64,000 bases of DNA, taken from IMG/VR virus record IMGVR_UViG_3300036791_001038, positions 13,233 to 77,232 of that record. The stretch is one strand, 5' to 3'. This DNA is from a virus. Positions 7,983 to 17,144 of the stretch are shown here, one piece after another. A program made the position numbers and the translations under genes. Position 1 is the first letter of the stretch, and every line of letters starts with the position of its first letter. Under the pieces are notes generated by a model that searched no databases, was not told where the DNA came from, and worked only from the letters and a program-made list of their open reading frames with translations.

Positions 7983-10217
7983 ATGTCTCTGGTCGCCACC
8001 GCCAAAGAGCAGACCACGGTGCCGCCCGAGGTGGACACCATGCGGGAGGAGATCTGCCCGGTCTGCGGCTCGGACGACTCCTACGTGGGTGACAAATGCT
8101 CGGTGTGCGGCTTCGAGAAGCCCCCGTCGCTGTTCATGGACCCCGACACCTCCCTGGCCCAGAACGTCAACCTGCGCCAGCAGGACCAGGAGGACGCCAA
8201 CGACGACGGGGCCGGGGATCTGCAGTGCCCCGAGTGCGGGGAGACCTTCTCCTCGGCCGAGGCCCTGAACCAGGCCGGGGACCCCCACCTGGCCCCGGCC
8301 GCCCAGACCATCCCGGCCGAGCAGGACCTGGTCGCTCCCGAGGAGGGCTCAGAAGAGCCGGAGGGGCCGCTGGAAGCCCCCGAGGACGAGGATGAGAACC
8401 AGATGGCCCCAGGCCCGCCTGAGGACGCCATGGGCGTTCCTGGGCAGCCTGAGCCCCCCGAGGAGGACCAGGAGGAGGAGCTACCACCGGGTCAGCCCGA
8501 GGACCAGGACGAGGTAGCTCCCGGCCAGGAGGGACCAGAGCCGCCCGAGGGGGAGCTTGACGGCGAGGAGATCCCCGAGGGGGCCGAGGAGGAAGAGGAG
8601 CCTGAGCAGGCCGAGCAGGAACAGGTCGATCCCGAGGCCATGGCCGAGCAGCAGTATGCCGCCGATCAGCAGGGCATGGCCGACACCGGCTACGAGGAGG
8701 GCGACATCTGCCCCAACTGCGGTCAAGGCATCCTGCAGGAAGTCGGCCCGGAAGGCCCCATCGTCCCGCCCGAGACCAGCAGCCCGCGCACCGCCCCTGA
8801 CTCCGGTGACCAGGGCCAGTCACCCTTCCCGGTCAGCGACGAGGACGAAGAGGATGAGGGTGACCAGGAAGAGGCACCCGGCGCAGACGAGGCCGAGGAG
8901 TCCGGCGGTCAGTCCGACATAGCCCCCGAAGACCAAGACGACGGGGATGAGGACCAGGAGCCAGACGATGAGGACGGGGACGAGGATGAGGACGAGGATG
9001 GCATCCCTCCCTGGGTGAAGAAGAAGACAAGTTCACATGAACTACCAGCCATAGGAAGGAGCCCCAGTACCATGGCCAACCGCACCCGCACCAACGGTCG
9101 CGTCACGCCCCGACAGCCCCAAACCACCACCCGCACCGCCAACACCGCTCAGCCCGAGCCCACGCCCCGGACCTCGGTGCGGACGGCCCTGCACGCCTCG
9201 CTCAACCAGCAGGCCCATGTGCTGCGCCAGATGACCGCGGCCTGCCAGCAGGAGCGCATCCTGCGCCTGGCGGCCGAGGCCCGCATCACCACCTTGGAGC
9301 GCCAGATGCTGCGCTTCGCCCAACTGGCCGGGGCCGATCACGATGCCGAGCTTCGCTCCCTCAACGAGGAGGGCTACCGGACCCACACCGCCCTCATGGC
9401 CCGTGCCGCCTCCCTGCATGACACCACTCGGCACATTGCCGACCAGCGCGACCCCGGTCAGCCCGTGCCCGAGCCCGCCCCGGCTCCTCCGGTGGTGACC
9501 GAGCAGGAGGCGGCCCAGCCCGCCGGGCGGGACGACGTGACCCAGCTTGGGGCCACTCCGGTGGCCGACGTGTCCGCCGACGCCACCCTGGCCGTGGACG
9601 AGCCCTACGGCACGGCTGCCTTCGAGCCCCTCAACCTCAACCAGGTGGACGTGACCGCCCCGGTCCAGAACACCCAGGGCCATCTGCCCCCCGAGCAGAC
9701 CATCATCCCCGTCGAGGTGCGCGTCGGTGACCCCGACGATCCCCAGCCCAGCTTCGGTTGGACCATCGACGGTGGCAACCCCTCCGGTCAGACCGGGGGC
9801 TCGGTGGGCTCAGGGGCTCCCACGGGAGCCGGGCGCGGCGCACCAGGGGTCCAGCCCGGCACCACCGCGGCCCGCAACGACGGCCAGGTCTCCCTGGGAG
9901 CCCTGCGGCTGGCTCGGCTCCGCATGCAAGCTGGTATTGCCCCGGCCAACCAGGACGACCTGTCCATCGCCGCGGCCATCCAGGACAACCCGGCCCTGAC
10001 CGTCGAGGCCATCAACACCGAGATCCGCACCCTGACCCAGGTGTTGTCGGCCCAGCCTCAGGCCCAACAGCGCACCGCCGCCGCCAGCCGTCGCCTGGTC
10101 CCCCGTGCCGCGCCGGGGGCCGAGCCCATGCCCTCTCTGGCCCCGAGCGGGGAAGGCCCCATTCGATCCCACGCTTCTACCGGGCAAGTTACGGCAGATG
10201 AGATGCTCTTCGAATAG
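7983..10217 (+). CDS. Capsid scaffolding/maturation protein with N-terminal Zn-ribbons and a long acidic region
   Basis: CPVCG/CSVCG/CPECG/CPNCG motifs, a D/E-rich tract and a helical C-terminal half; lies two genes before the major capsid gene. Confidence 0.65.
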   Translation: MSLVATAKEQTTVPPEVDTMREEICPVCGSDDSYVGDKCSVCGFEKPPSLFMDPDTSLAQNVNLRQQDQEDANDDGAGDLQCPECGETFSSAEALNQAGDPHLAPAAQTIPAEQDLVAPEEGSEEPEGPLEAPEDEDENQMAPGPPEDAMGVPGQPEPPEEDQEEELPPGQPEDQDEVAPGQEGPEPPEGELDGEEIPEGAEEEEEPEQAEQEQVDPEAMAEQQYAADQQGMADTGYEEGDICPNCGQGILQEVGPEGPIVPPETSSPRTAPDSGDQGQSPFPVSDEDEEDEGDQEEAPGADEAEESGGQSDIAPEDQDDGDEDQEPDDEDGDEDEDEDGIPPWVKKKTSSHELPAIGRSPSTMANRTRTNGRVTPRQPQTTTRTANTAQPEPTPRTSVRTALHASLNQQAHVLRQMTAACQQERILRLAAEARITTLERQMLRFAQLAGADHDAELRSLNEEGYRTHTALMARAASLHDTTRHIADQRDPGQPVPEPAPAPPVVTEQEAAQPAGRDDVTQLGATPVADVSADATLAVDEPYGTAAFEPLNLNQVDVTAPVQNTQGHLPPEQTIIPVEVRVGDPDDPQPSFGWTIDGGNPSGQTGGSVGSGAPTGAGRGAPGVQPGTTAARNDGQVSLGALRLARLRMQAGIAPANQDDLSIAAAIQDNPALTVEAINTEIRTLTQVLSAQPQAQQRTAAASRRLVPRAAPGAEPMPSLAPSGEGPIRSHASTGQVTADEMLFE

Positions 10218-10403
10218 CTATGGGGTCTCGTCCACCAACTGATTTTCGTCCACGAACTGAACCTGTAGATAATCGACAGTTTCAGGCAGCATCAACAGGA
10301 ACATGCGTAGTTCGCTTCGGCGTATACGCACGGTAATAAGTGCCGGTTGATCAGGATTCGGTAGCTCAGGATCAGGACCAGTAATAGGCGGCAGCGCAGT
10401 CAT
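10218..10403 (-). CDS. Small antisense-oriented hypothetical protein (61 aa), probably leaderless
   Basis: MTALPPITGPDPELPNPDQ...; TACAAT lies 6 nt before the ATG on the - strand; its stop abuts the scaffold stop (TAGCTA). Confidence 0.45.
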   Translation of the reverse strand: MTALPPITGPDPELPNPDQPALITVRIRRSELRMFLLMLPETVDYLQVQFVDENQLVDETP

Positions 10404-10471
10404 GCTGCGATTGTATTTACCCACGAACTCCGGTCCTCCGATCGGGGTTCGTGGTCGTTCAGGGATGAGAG

Positions 10472-10507
10472 CCTGTCTATTTGCGGTCCAGACCGACGAA
10501 GTGGTGA
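10472..10507 (+). promoter_or_regulatory. Putative late promoter, copy 2
   Basis: CCTGTC-tatttgcggtccagaccga-CGAAGTGGTGA upstream of the capsid operon. Confidence 0.7.
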
Positions 10508-10535
10508 AAGCCACTCAATAGGAGGCTGAGCGCCC

Positions 10536-11171
10536 GTGATTCGTGTCCCCATCTCTCGGTCGTACATCAAGCGGACGATCCGGGTCAACTACGGCTGGAC
10601 CCAGGCCACCCCCAAGAGTGGCTACCTCGATCCCGCTTGGAACCGCTCGGTGCCCATCTGGCCTGGCATGGCCTTCATGAGGACCTCCGGCGCGTCTGGC
10701 TACACCAGCCCGTACCAGAGCTTCGGAGCCACCTCGGGTGGTCCCAACTACACCCTGCTCAACGCCACCGGGGTACCGGCCGGGTTCGTGGGCAACTACA
10801 TCGGCGGCGAGGGCATCGATGAGCTTCTCGACACCGGCCTGTCCGCCCTGGCCGTGTGGGTCCTCGACCCCGACGCCGAGTTCGAGATCCTGGCCCCGGC
10901 CTTCGACGCCAACCTGGTCTGGACCGACCCCGGCAACGGCACCGACGCCCTGGTCTATGCCCGCACCTCCAATCTGGCGGGGGCGGTGGGCCTCAACGGT
11001 CTGGGTGGGGCCATCGCGGCAGGCTCCTACACCGGCACCTACGGCCTGCAGGGCCAACTGGTGACCACGGCCGACGCCAACAAGTCCACCCAGCCGGTGG
11101 CCCGCCTGGTGGCCGTCAACTCCAACCTGTCCATCACCATCGGTGGCCTGGCCGTCCGCTCGGGCTTCTGA
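10536..11171 (+). CDS. Capsid decoration/minor head protein
   Basis: Immediately upstream of the major capsid gene; SD GGAGG; KRTIR..Y...QATP and IDEL...LAVWVLDPDAEFEILAPAFD segments resemble the equivalent Bxz1-like gene (recalled). Confidence 0.7.
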   Translation: MIRVPISRSYIKRTIRVNYGWTQATPKSGYLDPAWNRSVPIWPGMAFMRTSGASGYTSPYQSFGATSGGPNYTLLNATGVPAGFVGNYIGGEGIDELLDTGLSALAVWVLDPDAEFEILAPAFDANLVWTDPGNGTDALVYARTSNLAGAVGLNGLGGAIAAGSYTGTYGLQGQLVTTADANKSTQPVARLVAVNSNLSITIGGLAVRSGF

Positions 11172-11214
11172 TCCCGCTTCGCCTTAGTCCTCGTCTTACA
11201 AGGAGCAAATCGAT

Positions 11215-12207
11215 ATGACTCTGGTTGCCAACGTTGCGGGGCTAGCTCCAAAGCGGGCCAAGAAGTCCGACGACTACGTCGCTGAGATCCTCAAGCGGCG
11301 CGGCGGGGATGGCAACGTCCCGTCGCTGACCCATGAGGCCAAGGTCCGCAAGCTCTCCCTGATCCTCCAGGACGAGGTCAACGGCATCCGCCGTCTGGGC
11401 GTGGGCATGGTCGGACCCATCCAGTTGAAGCTGCGCTACCAGGGCATCACCCGCAACGTGCTGATCGAGGACCCAGTCACCCCCGGCACCCCGGTCGAGT
11501 ACGACGTGTGGGACGACCTGGGCCAGGCCTACCTCATGAGTGGCACCGAAGGCGAGGTCCGGGTCACCCCCTTCGAAGGCAAGCGCCTGCCCATCCGGTT
11601 CTGGCGTATCGCCTCCCGTCCGGCCATCCGCAAGGAGGACCTGTTCTACCTCCGCATCAACGCGGTGGAGCAGGCCCAGGACGAGACCAAGCAGGCCATC
11701 ATGAAGCAGGAGGACTCCCGCCTCCTGGTCATCATCCAGGCCGCCCTCACCGACTACGCCTCCAGGCCCGACCATGTCGTCACCCCCAACCACACCGTCT
11801 ACGAGGCCAGCGGCTACTTCACCCCGCAGTCCATGTACACCGCGGTGGCCCAGTCCGACATGCACGAACTGCCAGCCGGGCGCATGCTGGTCAACCCCTT
11901 CGACTACCGGGACTTCTTCCGCTGGGACATCAACACCACCGGCTGGGCCTTCAAGGACCGCATTGTGGCCGGGGAGCAGATCCAGACCTTCGGGGAGTTC
12001 AACTTCCAGCGCTCCATCATGGTCCCCCAGGGCCAGATGTACCTGCTGCCCAACCCGGACTTCCTGGGCGTGTTCCCGGTGCTGTACTCGCTCGACGTGG
12101 AGGAGAACCACAACGTCGAGGCCTTCTGGAAGGGCTGGGTTTTCGATGAGATGGTCTCCATGGCCATCCTCAACCCCAGGGGCATCACCACCGTCCTCAA
12201 GGGCTAG
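11215..12207 (+). CDS. Major capsid protein (Bxz1-like)
   Basis: SDDYVAEI, GPIQLKLRYQGITRNVL, RWDINTTGWAFKD and FLGVFPVLYSLDVEE closely match my recollection of cluster C phage capsid proteins; SD AGGAG. Confidence 0.92.
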   Translation: MTLVANVAGLAPKRAKKSDDYVAEILKRRGGDGNVPSLTHEAKVRKLSLILQDEVNGIRRLGVGMVGPIQLKLRYQGITRNVLIEDPVTPGTPVEYDVWDDLGQAYLMSGTEGEVRVTPFEGKRLPIRFWRIASRPAIRKEDLFYLRINAVEQAQDETKQAIMKQEDSRLLVIIQAALTDYASRPDHVVTPNHTVYEASGYFTPQSMYTAVAQSDMHELPAGRMLVNPFDYRDFFRWDINTTGWAFKDRIVAGEQIQTFGEFNFQRSIMVPQGQMYLLPNPDFLGVFPVLYSLDVEENHNVEAFWKGWVFDEMVSMAILNPRGITTVLKG

Positions 12208-12234
12208 ACGCCAGGCCCCGGAGGGGGTGCTGAC

Positions 12235-12489
12235 GTGGTGACCACCGACAAGGCCGCCCAGGTGGCCGCAGAGCCTGAGGAACCGCTCGAACCCTCCTGG
12301 TATCGCACCGGCTTCCCCATTATCCGGCGCGTGGTCATCTTCCTACTGGGGATGGCCATCATGATCGACGCCCTGTGGGATCGCCAGTACGTGGTCCCGG
12401 AGTTGATCATCGGCATGATCATGGTCGGTGTACTTCCGCTCGATGAAGTCCTAAAGTCCCTGACGAGCAAACGCCGTAAGGGTGGCTGA
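12235..12489 (+). CDS. Small membrane protein with 2 TM segments (holin-like)
   Basis: Two hydrophobic segments and a basic C-terminus (KRRKGG). Confidence 0.55.
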   Translation: MVTTDKAAQVAAEPEEPLEPSWYRTGFPIIRRVVIFLLGMAIMIDALWDRQYVVPELIIGMIMVGVLPLDEVLKSLTSKRRKGG

Positions 12490-12724
12490 AGGGACCGCGA
12501 TCGCCGCCGTACTCACCGGCACCGCTGCGGTCTTAACGGCTTGGGCGGCTGTCAAGCGAGCCAAATCCAAGGGGAACGAGGAGTGTGAGGAGAATCTGTC
12601 CTTAGCTCGAAAGGAAGCTGAGGCTAATGCCGCCGAGGTCCATCGGCTGAGAATGGCGCATCCAGAGGACTATGAGGAGCCTGATCACAAAGAAGAAGTA
12701 GAAGATGAGAACAAGGACAAATAG
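12482..12724 (+). CDS. Membrane-anchored coiled-coil protein
   Basis: N-terminal hydrophobic helix followed by a charged helical segment. Confidence 0.55.
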   Translation: MAEGTAIAAVLTGTAAVLTAWAAVKRAKSKGNEECEENLSLARKEAEANAAEVHRLRMAHPEDYEEPDHKEEVEDENKDK

Positions 12725-13343
12725 AGGAGCTATTACCTCGAATATGCTCTTGGGTTTGTCGGTCATCTTCATCGTCCTAGCGGTGGTATTCGGCTTGTTG
12801 ACCGGGAGTGGGGCGTCAACAAAGAACGGACCACCGGGATCGACCGGGCCACCTGGATCGACCGGACCAGCAGGACCACCAGGCAGTCCCGGCAAGCAGG
12901 GACCTCAGGGGCCATCGGGGGCAACGGCCACCACCCTGATCACCGAGGGCGGGCGAGTGGTAACCGCCACCGTCCCTGGCGCGACGGGATCTACTGGAGC
13001 AGCCGGATCAGCAGGTACGTCAGGAGGGACAGGAGCGACAGGAGCAACAGGAGCGACAGGATCGGGTGGAGCAACAGGTACAGCAGGAAATACTGGAGCC
13101 ACCGGGGCACCAGGTGCCCAAGGCCTACCAGGCCCAGCGGGAGAGCGAGGGGCCACGGGCGCTCAGGGCTCACCTGGTCCATCCGGGTCTCATGGCGCGA
13201 CAGGAGCTACCGGGCCGCCAGGGCCGCGAGGACCGCCCGGAGTGGCCGGTACGTTCGAGTGTCCGAGCGGCTCAAGGCTGGAGAAGATCACCTTAAATGG
13301 CAAAGGTGGGCAGACCACCCTCTGGGCTTGTGTGATCGGATGA
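12705..13343 (+). CDS. Membrane-anchored collagen-like protein
   Basis: TM helix, two Gly-X-Y runs and a C-terminal C-x22-C domain. Confidence 0.75.
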   Translation: MRTRTNRGAITSNMLLGLSVIFIVLAVVFGLLTGSGASTKNGPPGSTGPPGSTGPAGPPGSPGKQGPQGPSGATATTLITEGGRVVTATVPGATGSTGAAGSAGTSGGTGATGATGATGSGGATGTAGNTGATGAPGAQGLPGPAGERGATGAQGSPGPSGSHGATGATGPPGPRGPPGVAGTFECPSGSRLEKITLNGKGGQTTLWACVIG

Positions 13344-13356
13344 TCTACACTCAATC

Positions 13357-13668
13357 ATGGCTATCGTAACCGGAACTATCGCCATGTCCACCACGGCCGG
13401 GCTCACGGTGGTGGGCACCAGAAGCCACATGACCTACAGCGGCGGCCAGGTCACCCAAATCGGGGTTGATGGCACCACTGGTTTGCAACATCCAGTCGGT
13501 ACCTGTGTGTGGTGTGGGCAAACCAACGTCATACTGTCTTCTCACATGGATAGAGGCGGCGGTGGTCGTTATCTCTGCCTGTCCCCCACACTGGGTCCTT
13601 TCATCGATCCCAACCAGTCTGCCTTGCCCGCCAATCAAAAGGGCGCGGCGGGCTATCTGCATCGATGA
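13357..13668 (+). CDS. Hypothetical protein with CxxC
   Basis: CVWCG...YLCLSP; translationally coupled to the next gene. Confidence 0.55.
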   Translation: MAIVTGTIAMSTTAGLTVVGTRSHMTYSGGQVTQIGVDGTTGLQHPVGTCVWCGQTNVILSSHMDRGGGGRYLCLSPTLGPFIDPNQSALPANQKGAAGYLHR

Positions 13669-13916
13669 CCACCTCGGTCACCTACTCGGAGAAGAACGGG
13701 ATCATGGTCCAGGACGGCCTTGATCCGCTGGCCGGAATCAAGGATCCTGGTCCCGGTGTTTGCATCAACTGCGGCCAGTACATCCCCAAGTTGAATCACC
13801 ATTACTCGCAGTATTTCGGCTATTTCTGTCTGCCGCCCTATTTGCCCAATGGCACCGATCCTCGACCTATTCTGGCCGTTGAAGCCACGGTCTCTATGAC
13901 TGGTACCACGACTTAA
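13665..13916 (+). CDS. Hypothetical protein with CxxC (similar to 13357..13668)
   Basis: CINCG...YFCLPP; ATGA overlap with the previous gene. Confidence 0.55.
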   Translation: MTTSVTYSEKNGIMVQDGLDPLAGIKDPGPGVCINCGQYIPKLNHHYSQYFGYFCLPPYLPNGTDPRPILAVEATVSMTGTTT

Positions 13917-13925
13917 GGAGATCTG

Positions 13926-14246
13926 ATGGCAACTGGTAATGCTAAGCGGGCCTATCACAGCGCTCTGGTCGCCAGTGCTGTGGATACCATCACCTTGAAC
14001 CAGGGTTTTGAGTTCGTGGAGATCATAAACAGAACGGGTGCAGCCGAGATCTATTACACCCTGGATGGCACCACCGCTCCCACCGTCGGAGGAGCCGACT
14101 GTTACGTCATACCTGCGGCCATAACCTCTCGCATTCGAGCCAATCCCCTGGGTAGTCGTAACACCACGGTGGTCAAGGTCACCTCCTCCGGCACCCCCAA
14201 CTACACGGTGCAGGGAGCGGACAACACCATGGTGCCGTCCGGCTGA
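13926..14246 (+). CDS. Small beta-rich virion protein
   Basis: SD AAGGAG; EIINRTGAAEIYYTLDGTTAPT motif of small phage structural proteins. Confidence 0.65.
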   Translation: MATGNAKRAYHSALVASAVDTITLNQGFEFVEIINRTGAAEIYYTLDGTTAPTVGGADCYVIPAAITSRIRANPLGSRNTTVVKVTSSGTPNYTVQGADNTMVPSG

Positions 14247-14247
14247 G

Positions 14248-14283
14248 CCTGTCACCCTAGAAGCCAGAGCGACGAAGGGGTGG
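14248..14283 (+). promoter_or_regulatory. Putative late promoter, copy 3
   Basis: CCTGTC-N19-CGAAGGGGTGG. Confidence 0.65.
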
Positions 14284-14312
14284 AGGCCCCCGCGTCGAGG
14301 GAGGAATGCCCT

Positions 14313-14474
14313 ATGCCCCATCAAGTCACCACCACCAGGCCCAACACCACGCTGCCCAATGGGTTCACCTATCCGGTGGGGTCGGTGGTCATCCTGTCCA
14401 ACGAGCAGTTCGCCAAGCTCCAGGCGGGCATCTTCACCAGGGGCAACCTGACCGACGGCGGGAACGTCCCGTAA
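14313..14474 (+). CDS. Small virion protein, paralog A (53 aa)
   Basis: SD GGAGG; shares NTTLPNG..YPVG.VV.L and TRGNLTDGGN with the next gene. Confidence 0.7.
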   Translation: MPHQVTTTRPNTTLPNGFTYPVGSVVILSNEQFAKLQAGIFTRGNLTDGGNVP

Positions 14475-14476
14475 CC

Positions 14477-14650
14477 ATGGCTCGTCAGGTCACCATCGTC
14501 AAAGCCAACACCACTCTGCCCAACGGGATCGCCTATCCAGTGGGGGCGGTGGTCGTCCTCACCGACCAGCAGTGGAACATGGTCAACCCCGGCATGGTCA
14601 CCCGAGGCAACCTGACCGACGGCGGCAATATCCCCACTACGTCTCAGTAG
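14477..14650 (+). CDS. Small virion protein, paralog B (57 aa)
   Basis: Tandem paralog of 14313..14474. Confidence 0.7.
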   Translation: MARQVTIVKANTTLPNGIAYPVGAVVVLTDQQWNMVNPGMVTRGNLTDGGNIPTTSQ

Positions 14651-14671
14651 TCCCTGGTCCCAGGCTGAATC

Positions 14672-14698
14672 GGAGGTCACCCCTCGGGGGTGGCCTTC
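14672..14698 (+). terminator. GC-rich stem-loop, possible terminator without a U-tract
   Basis: GGAGGTCACCCC-TCG-GGGGTGGCCTTC, between a gene end and the next promoter copy. Confidence 0.45.
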
Positions 14699-14705
14699 GT
14701 CGCGT

Positions 14706-14741
14706 CCTGTCACTCCTCCGACCAGAGCTATGAAGGGATGA
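14706..14741 (+). promoter_or_regulatory. Putative late promoter, copy 4
   Basis: CCTGTC-N19-TGAAGGGATGA. Confidence 0.65.
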
Positions 14742-14776
14742 AGACCGTTCAAACTCATCTCATGGAGGATCTCATC

Positions 14777-15319
14777 ATGTCTGGTTCGGGTGTTCTCATC
14801 GTTCGCAATATGCACGGCGGACCAACCACGTTTACTCACGAACACGATGGGATGAAGACACCCTACGAGTGGTTCGGGGCGGGCGATGTCGATGAGCGTG
14901 ACATCCTCGAAGTGCCCGAGTCCATGGCCATGAGCCCCCACTTTCGCAAGGCCGTGGCACGGGGCATCTTCAAGATCGAGGAGGGCGACGAGGATGTCCT
15001 GGCCTCTATCAATCGGGCCGGGCAGCGCTGGCAGGAGCGCCAGACCGCTCGCCGGGTCGAGATCGAGGCCCAGATGGACCGCCAGGAAGACAAGTCCATG
15101 ATCGTGGTGGCCTGCGTGGGTCCGGGGCCGCGGGGCTCGACGTGTGGGGCCAGCGTGTTCGAGCGGGCCAAGACCCAAGGCGGCAAGCCCCCGCTGTGCC
15201 CCAACCATGAGCATCTCTCCACCAACTTCGTGCAGGTGGAGTCCAACGAGATCCGCGATGGCAAGGCCGTCATGACCTGGGTCCAGGCCTCCAAGACGGC
15301 CGCCAACGCCATCGACTGA
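14777..15319 (+). CDS. Head-associated hypothetical protein with a Cys/His Zn site
   Basis: SD GGAGG before the ATG at 14777; CVGPGPRGSTCG...PPLCPNH. Confidence 0.7.
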   Translation: MSGSGVLIVRNMHGGPTTFTHEHDGMKTPYEWFGAGDVDERDILEVPESMAMSPHFRKAVARGIFKIEEGDEDVLASINRAGQRWQERQTARRVEIEAQMDRQEDKSMIVVACVGPGPRGSTCGASVFERAKTQGGKPPLCPNHEHLSTNFVQVESNEIRDGKAVMTWVQASKTAANAID

Positions 15320-15328
15320 AAGCGCCCC

Positions 15329-15451
15329 ATGTCCGACCAATCCGACCCGATCGAGTACGACACCACCGACACCCCCGATCCTTATCCCGTCGAGGATCCG
15401 GCCACCCAGGTGCTGGCCGCCGATTCCATCCTGTACCCCGGTACCACCTAA
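15329..15451 (+). CDS. Small acidic peptide (40 aa)
   Basis: MSDQSDPIEYDTTDTPDPYPVEDPATQVLAADSILYPGTT fills the intergenic gap; it is below the ORF-track size cutoff. Confidence 0.45.
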   Translation: MSDQSDPIEYDTTDTPDPYPVEDPATQVLAADSILYPGTT

Positions 15452-15459
15452 GGAGCCCC

Positions 15460-16101
15460 ATGTCTGAGCAAACCGACCAGTCCACGGCGGAGACCGAGGA
15501 GGCCCCGCCCGAGGACACCGAAGCCGAGCCCACCCAGGAAGACACCGGCCCTGACCCCGCCCTGGCCGACAAGTTCCGGCGTGCCCGTGAGATGGGCATC
15601 ACCGGGGATCCCGACGCCCCTCCCGGCTACGTGGTCGATGAGAACTTCCGGCCCAATCCCCTGGACGTAGGCACCCTCAACACCACCGAGGTCCACGGCA
15701 TCTCCGCCTACGACCTGCCTCGTCACGCCGGGGTCTTCGACCCCACGGCCGTCCCCGAGAACCCCAACCCGACCGAGGTCGAGCCGGTCCCCCAGGCGGT
15801 CGCCACCGACTACGACCCCTCGGCGCGGGCTGGGGTCCTGGCCGAGGTCACCCCTCAGGAGGACCCGTCCGCGGCCATCACCCGCCAGACTGAAGGAGTC
15901 GCGGCCGGGACGGTCGAGGATACCGGGGTCGAGGCCCAGGCCCAGACCCAGGCCCAGCCTGAGGTGGCAGAGCCCGCTCAGCCCGTTGCCAAGGCCACCA
16001 AGGCCACCAAGGCGACCAAGGCCCCATCCCCCGCCGGAACCAAGGACAGCGCCCTGGAGCCCACTCCAGAGGGCTCTGAGGGCGGACCTCGCATCCCCTG
16101 A
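15460..16101 (+). CDS. Acidic, probably disordered protein
   Basis: SD AAGGAG; E/D/P/A-rich with a KATKATKATKA repeat. Confidence 0.65.
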   Translation: MSEQTDQSTAETEEAPPEDTEAEPTQEDTGPDPALADKFRRAREMGITGDPDAPPGYVVDENFRPNPLDVGTLNTTEVHGISAYDLPRHAGVFDPTAVPENPNPTEVEPVPQAVATDYDPSARAGVLAEVTPQEDPSAAITRQTEGVAAGTVEDTGVEAQAQTQAQPEVAEPAQPVAKATKATKATKAPSPAGTKDSALEPTPEGSEGGPRIP

Positions 16102-16104
16102 CCT

Positions 16105-16761
16105 ATGCCCACCCCGTCCCCCAAGCTCGGGCTGAACATCTTCGCCCTGGCTGACACCTTCTCGACCGCCCAGTACAACGCCAACTGGAACGCGCTCGAT
16201 AACTACCCCGGTCTGTTCGTCTGCACCTCGACCAGCAGACCGGCCTGGGGGGCCAACCAGAACGGCATGCGGATCTCCGAGACCGACACCGGGCTGTTGT
16301 GGACCTGGAATGGGACGGCCTTCGTGCGGACCCATGGGATCGGCAACCTGGGCCGGGTCACTCGCACCTCCAACGTCGGCACCACCTCGACCTGGACGCC
16401 GCCCTCGACCGGCTCACCCACCTCGGCCCTGACCCAGACGGTGCATCCTCCCAATGGCGGTCGTTTGCTCATGATCGTGGCCGAGGTGCCCGAGGTGCAG
16501 AACCCCAACGGGCTCAGCTACCTGATCATCCAGCGCGACGCCACCATCTTGAACTCCTACCCGGTGTGGACCTCCCAGGAGACCGGCTCGGGTAACTCCG
16601 GCAACGCCGGGAACAAGGGCGACTTCACCACCTTCGACATCCCCAACGAGGCGTCGGCGGTGTACTCCCTGTTCTTCGCGGCGGCCACCGTCACCGGGGG
16701 CACCACCACCCTGGTGGCGGCAGCCTCCCGGCCCATCGCTTTAACCGTGATCGAGACGTAG
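16105..16761 (+). CDS. Minor tail/fibre protein
   Basis: MPTPSPKLGL..NWNALD..PG...CTSTSRP...ETDTG motif typical of actinophage minor tail proteins. Confidence 0.7.
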   Translation: MPTPSPKLGLNIFALADTFSTAQYNANWNALDNYPGLFVCTSTSRPAWGANQNGMRISETDTGLLWTWNGTAFVRTHGIGNLGRVTRTSNVGTTSTWTPPSTGSPTSALTQTVHPPNGGRLLMIVAEVPEVQNPNGLSYLIIQRDATILNSYPVWTSQETGSGNSGNAGNKGDFTTFDIPNEASAVYSLFFAAATVTGGTTTLVAAASRPIALTVIET

Positions 16762-16772
16762 AAAGGATCCCT

Positions 16773-17141
16773 ATGAGTGACACCTCCGGCTCGGATCGGG
16801 TCAGTCGGGTTTGTGATGTCTGTGGGGTGGAGGACGCTCAGAGCCATCACGTCCAGCACGTCGCCTTCCTGCACCCGGTGACGAATGAGCCAACTGATCT
16901 ATCGGTGTCCCGACACATCCAGTGCTGCGCCGACACCGGCTGCGAGATCTGCAGTGTCGATGTAGCCCATGCCCAGGAGGCCGGGATCGACACCAGTGGC
17001 CCCTCCGACGAGTTCACCCAGGCCATGCAGCAAAAGGGCGATGTGCTGCTGGCCGCCTTGGCCACGGTGGGAGTGGCCAACCCGGTGGACGAGACCGCCT
17101 TTGCCGGAGAGCCCACCCCGTCCGCCGAGTCAGGAGCGTAA
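16773..17141 (+). CDS. Cys/His-rich hypothetical protein (possible fibre chaperone)
   Basis: CDVCG..HH, RHIQCC..GCEIC. Confidence 0.6.
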   Translation: MSDTSGSDRVSRVCDVCGVEDAQSHHVQHVAFLHPVTNEPTDLSVSRHIQCCADTGCEICSVDVAHAQEAGIDTSGPSDEFTQAMQQKGDVLLAALATVGVANPVDETAFAGEPTPSAESGA

Positions 17142-17144
17142 CCC

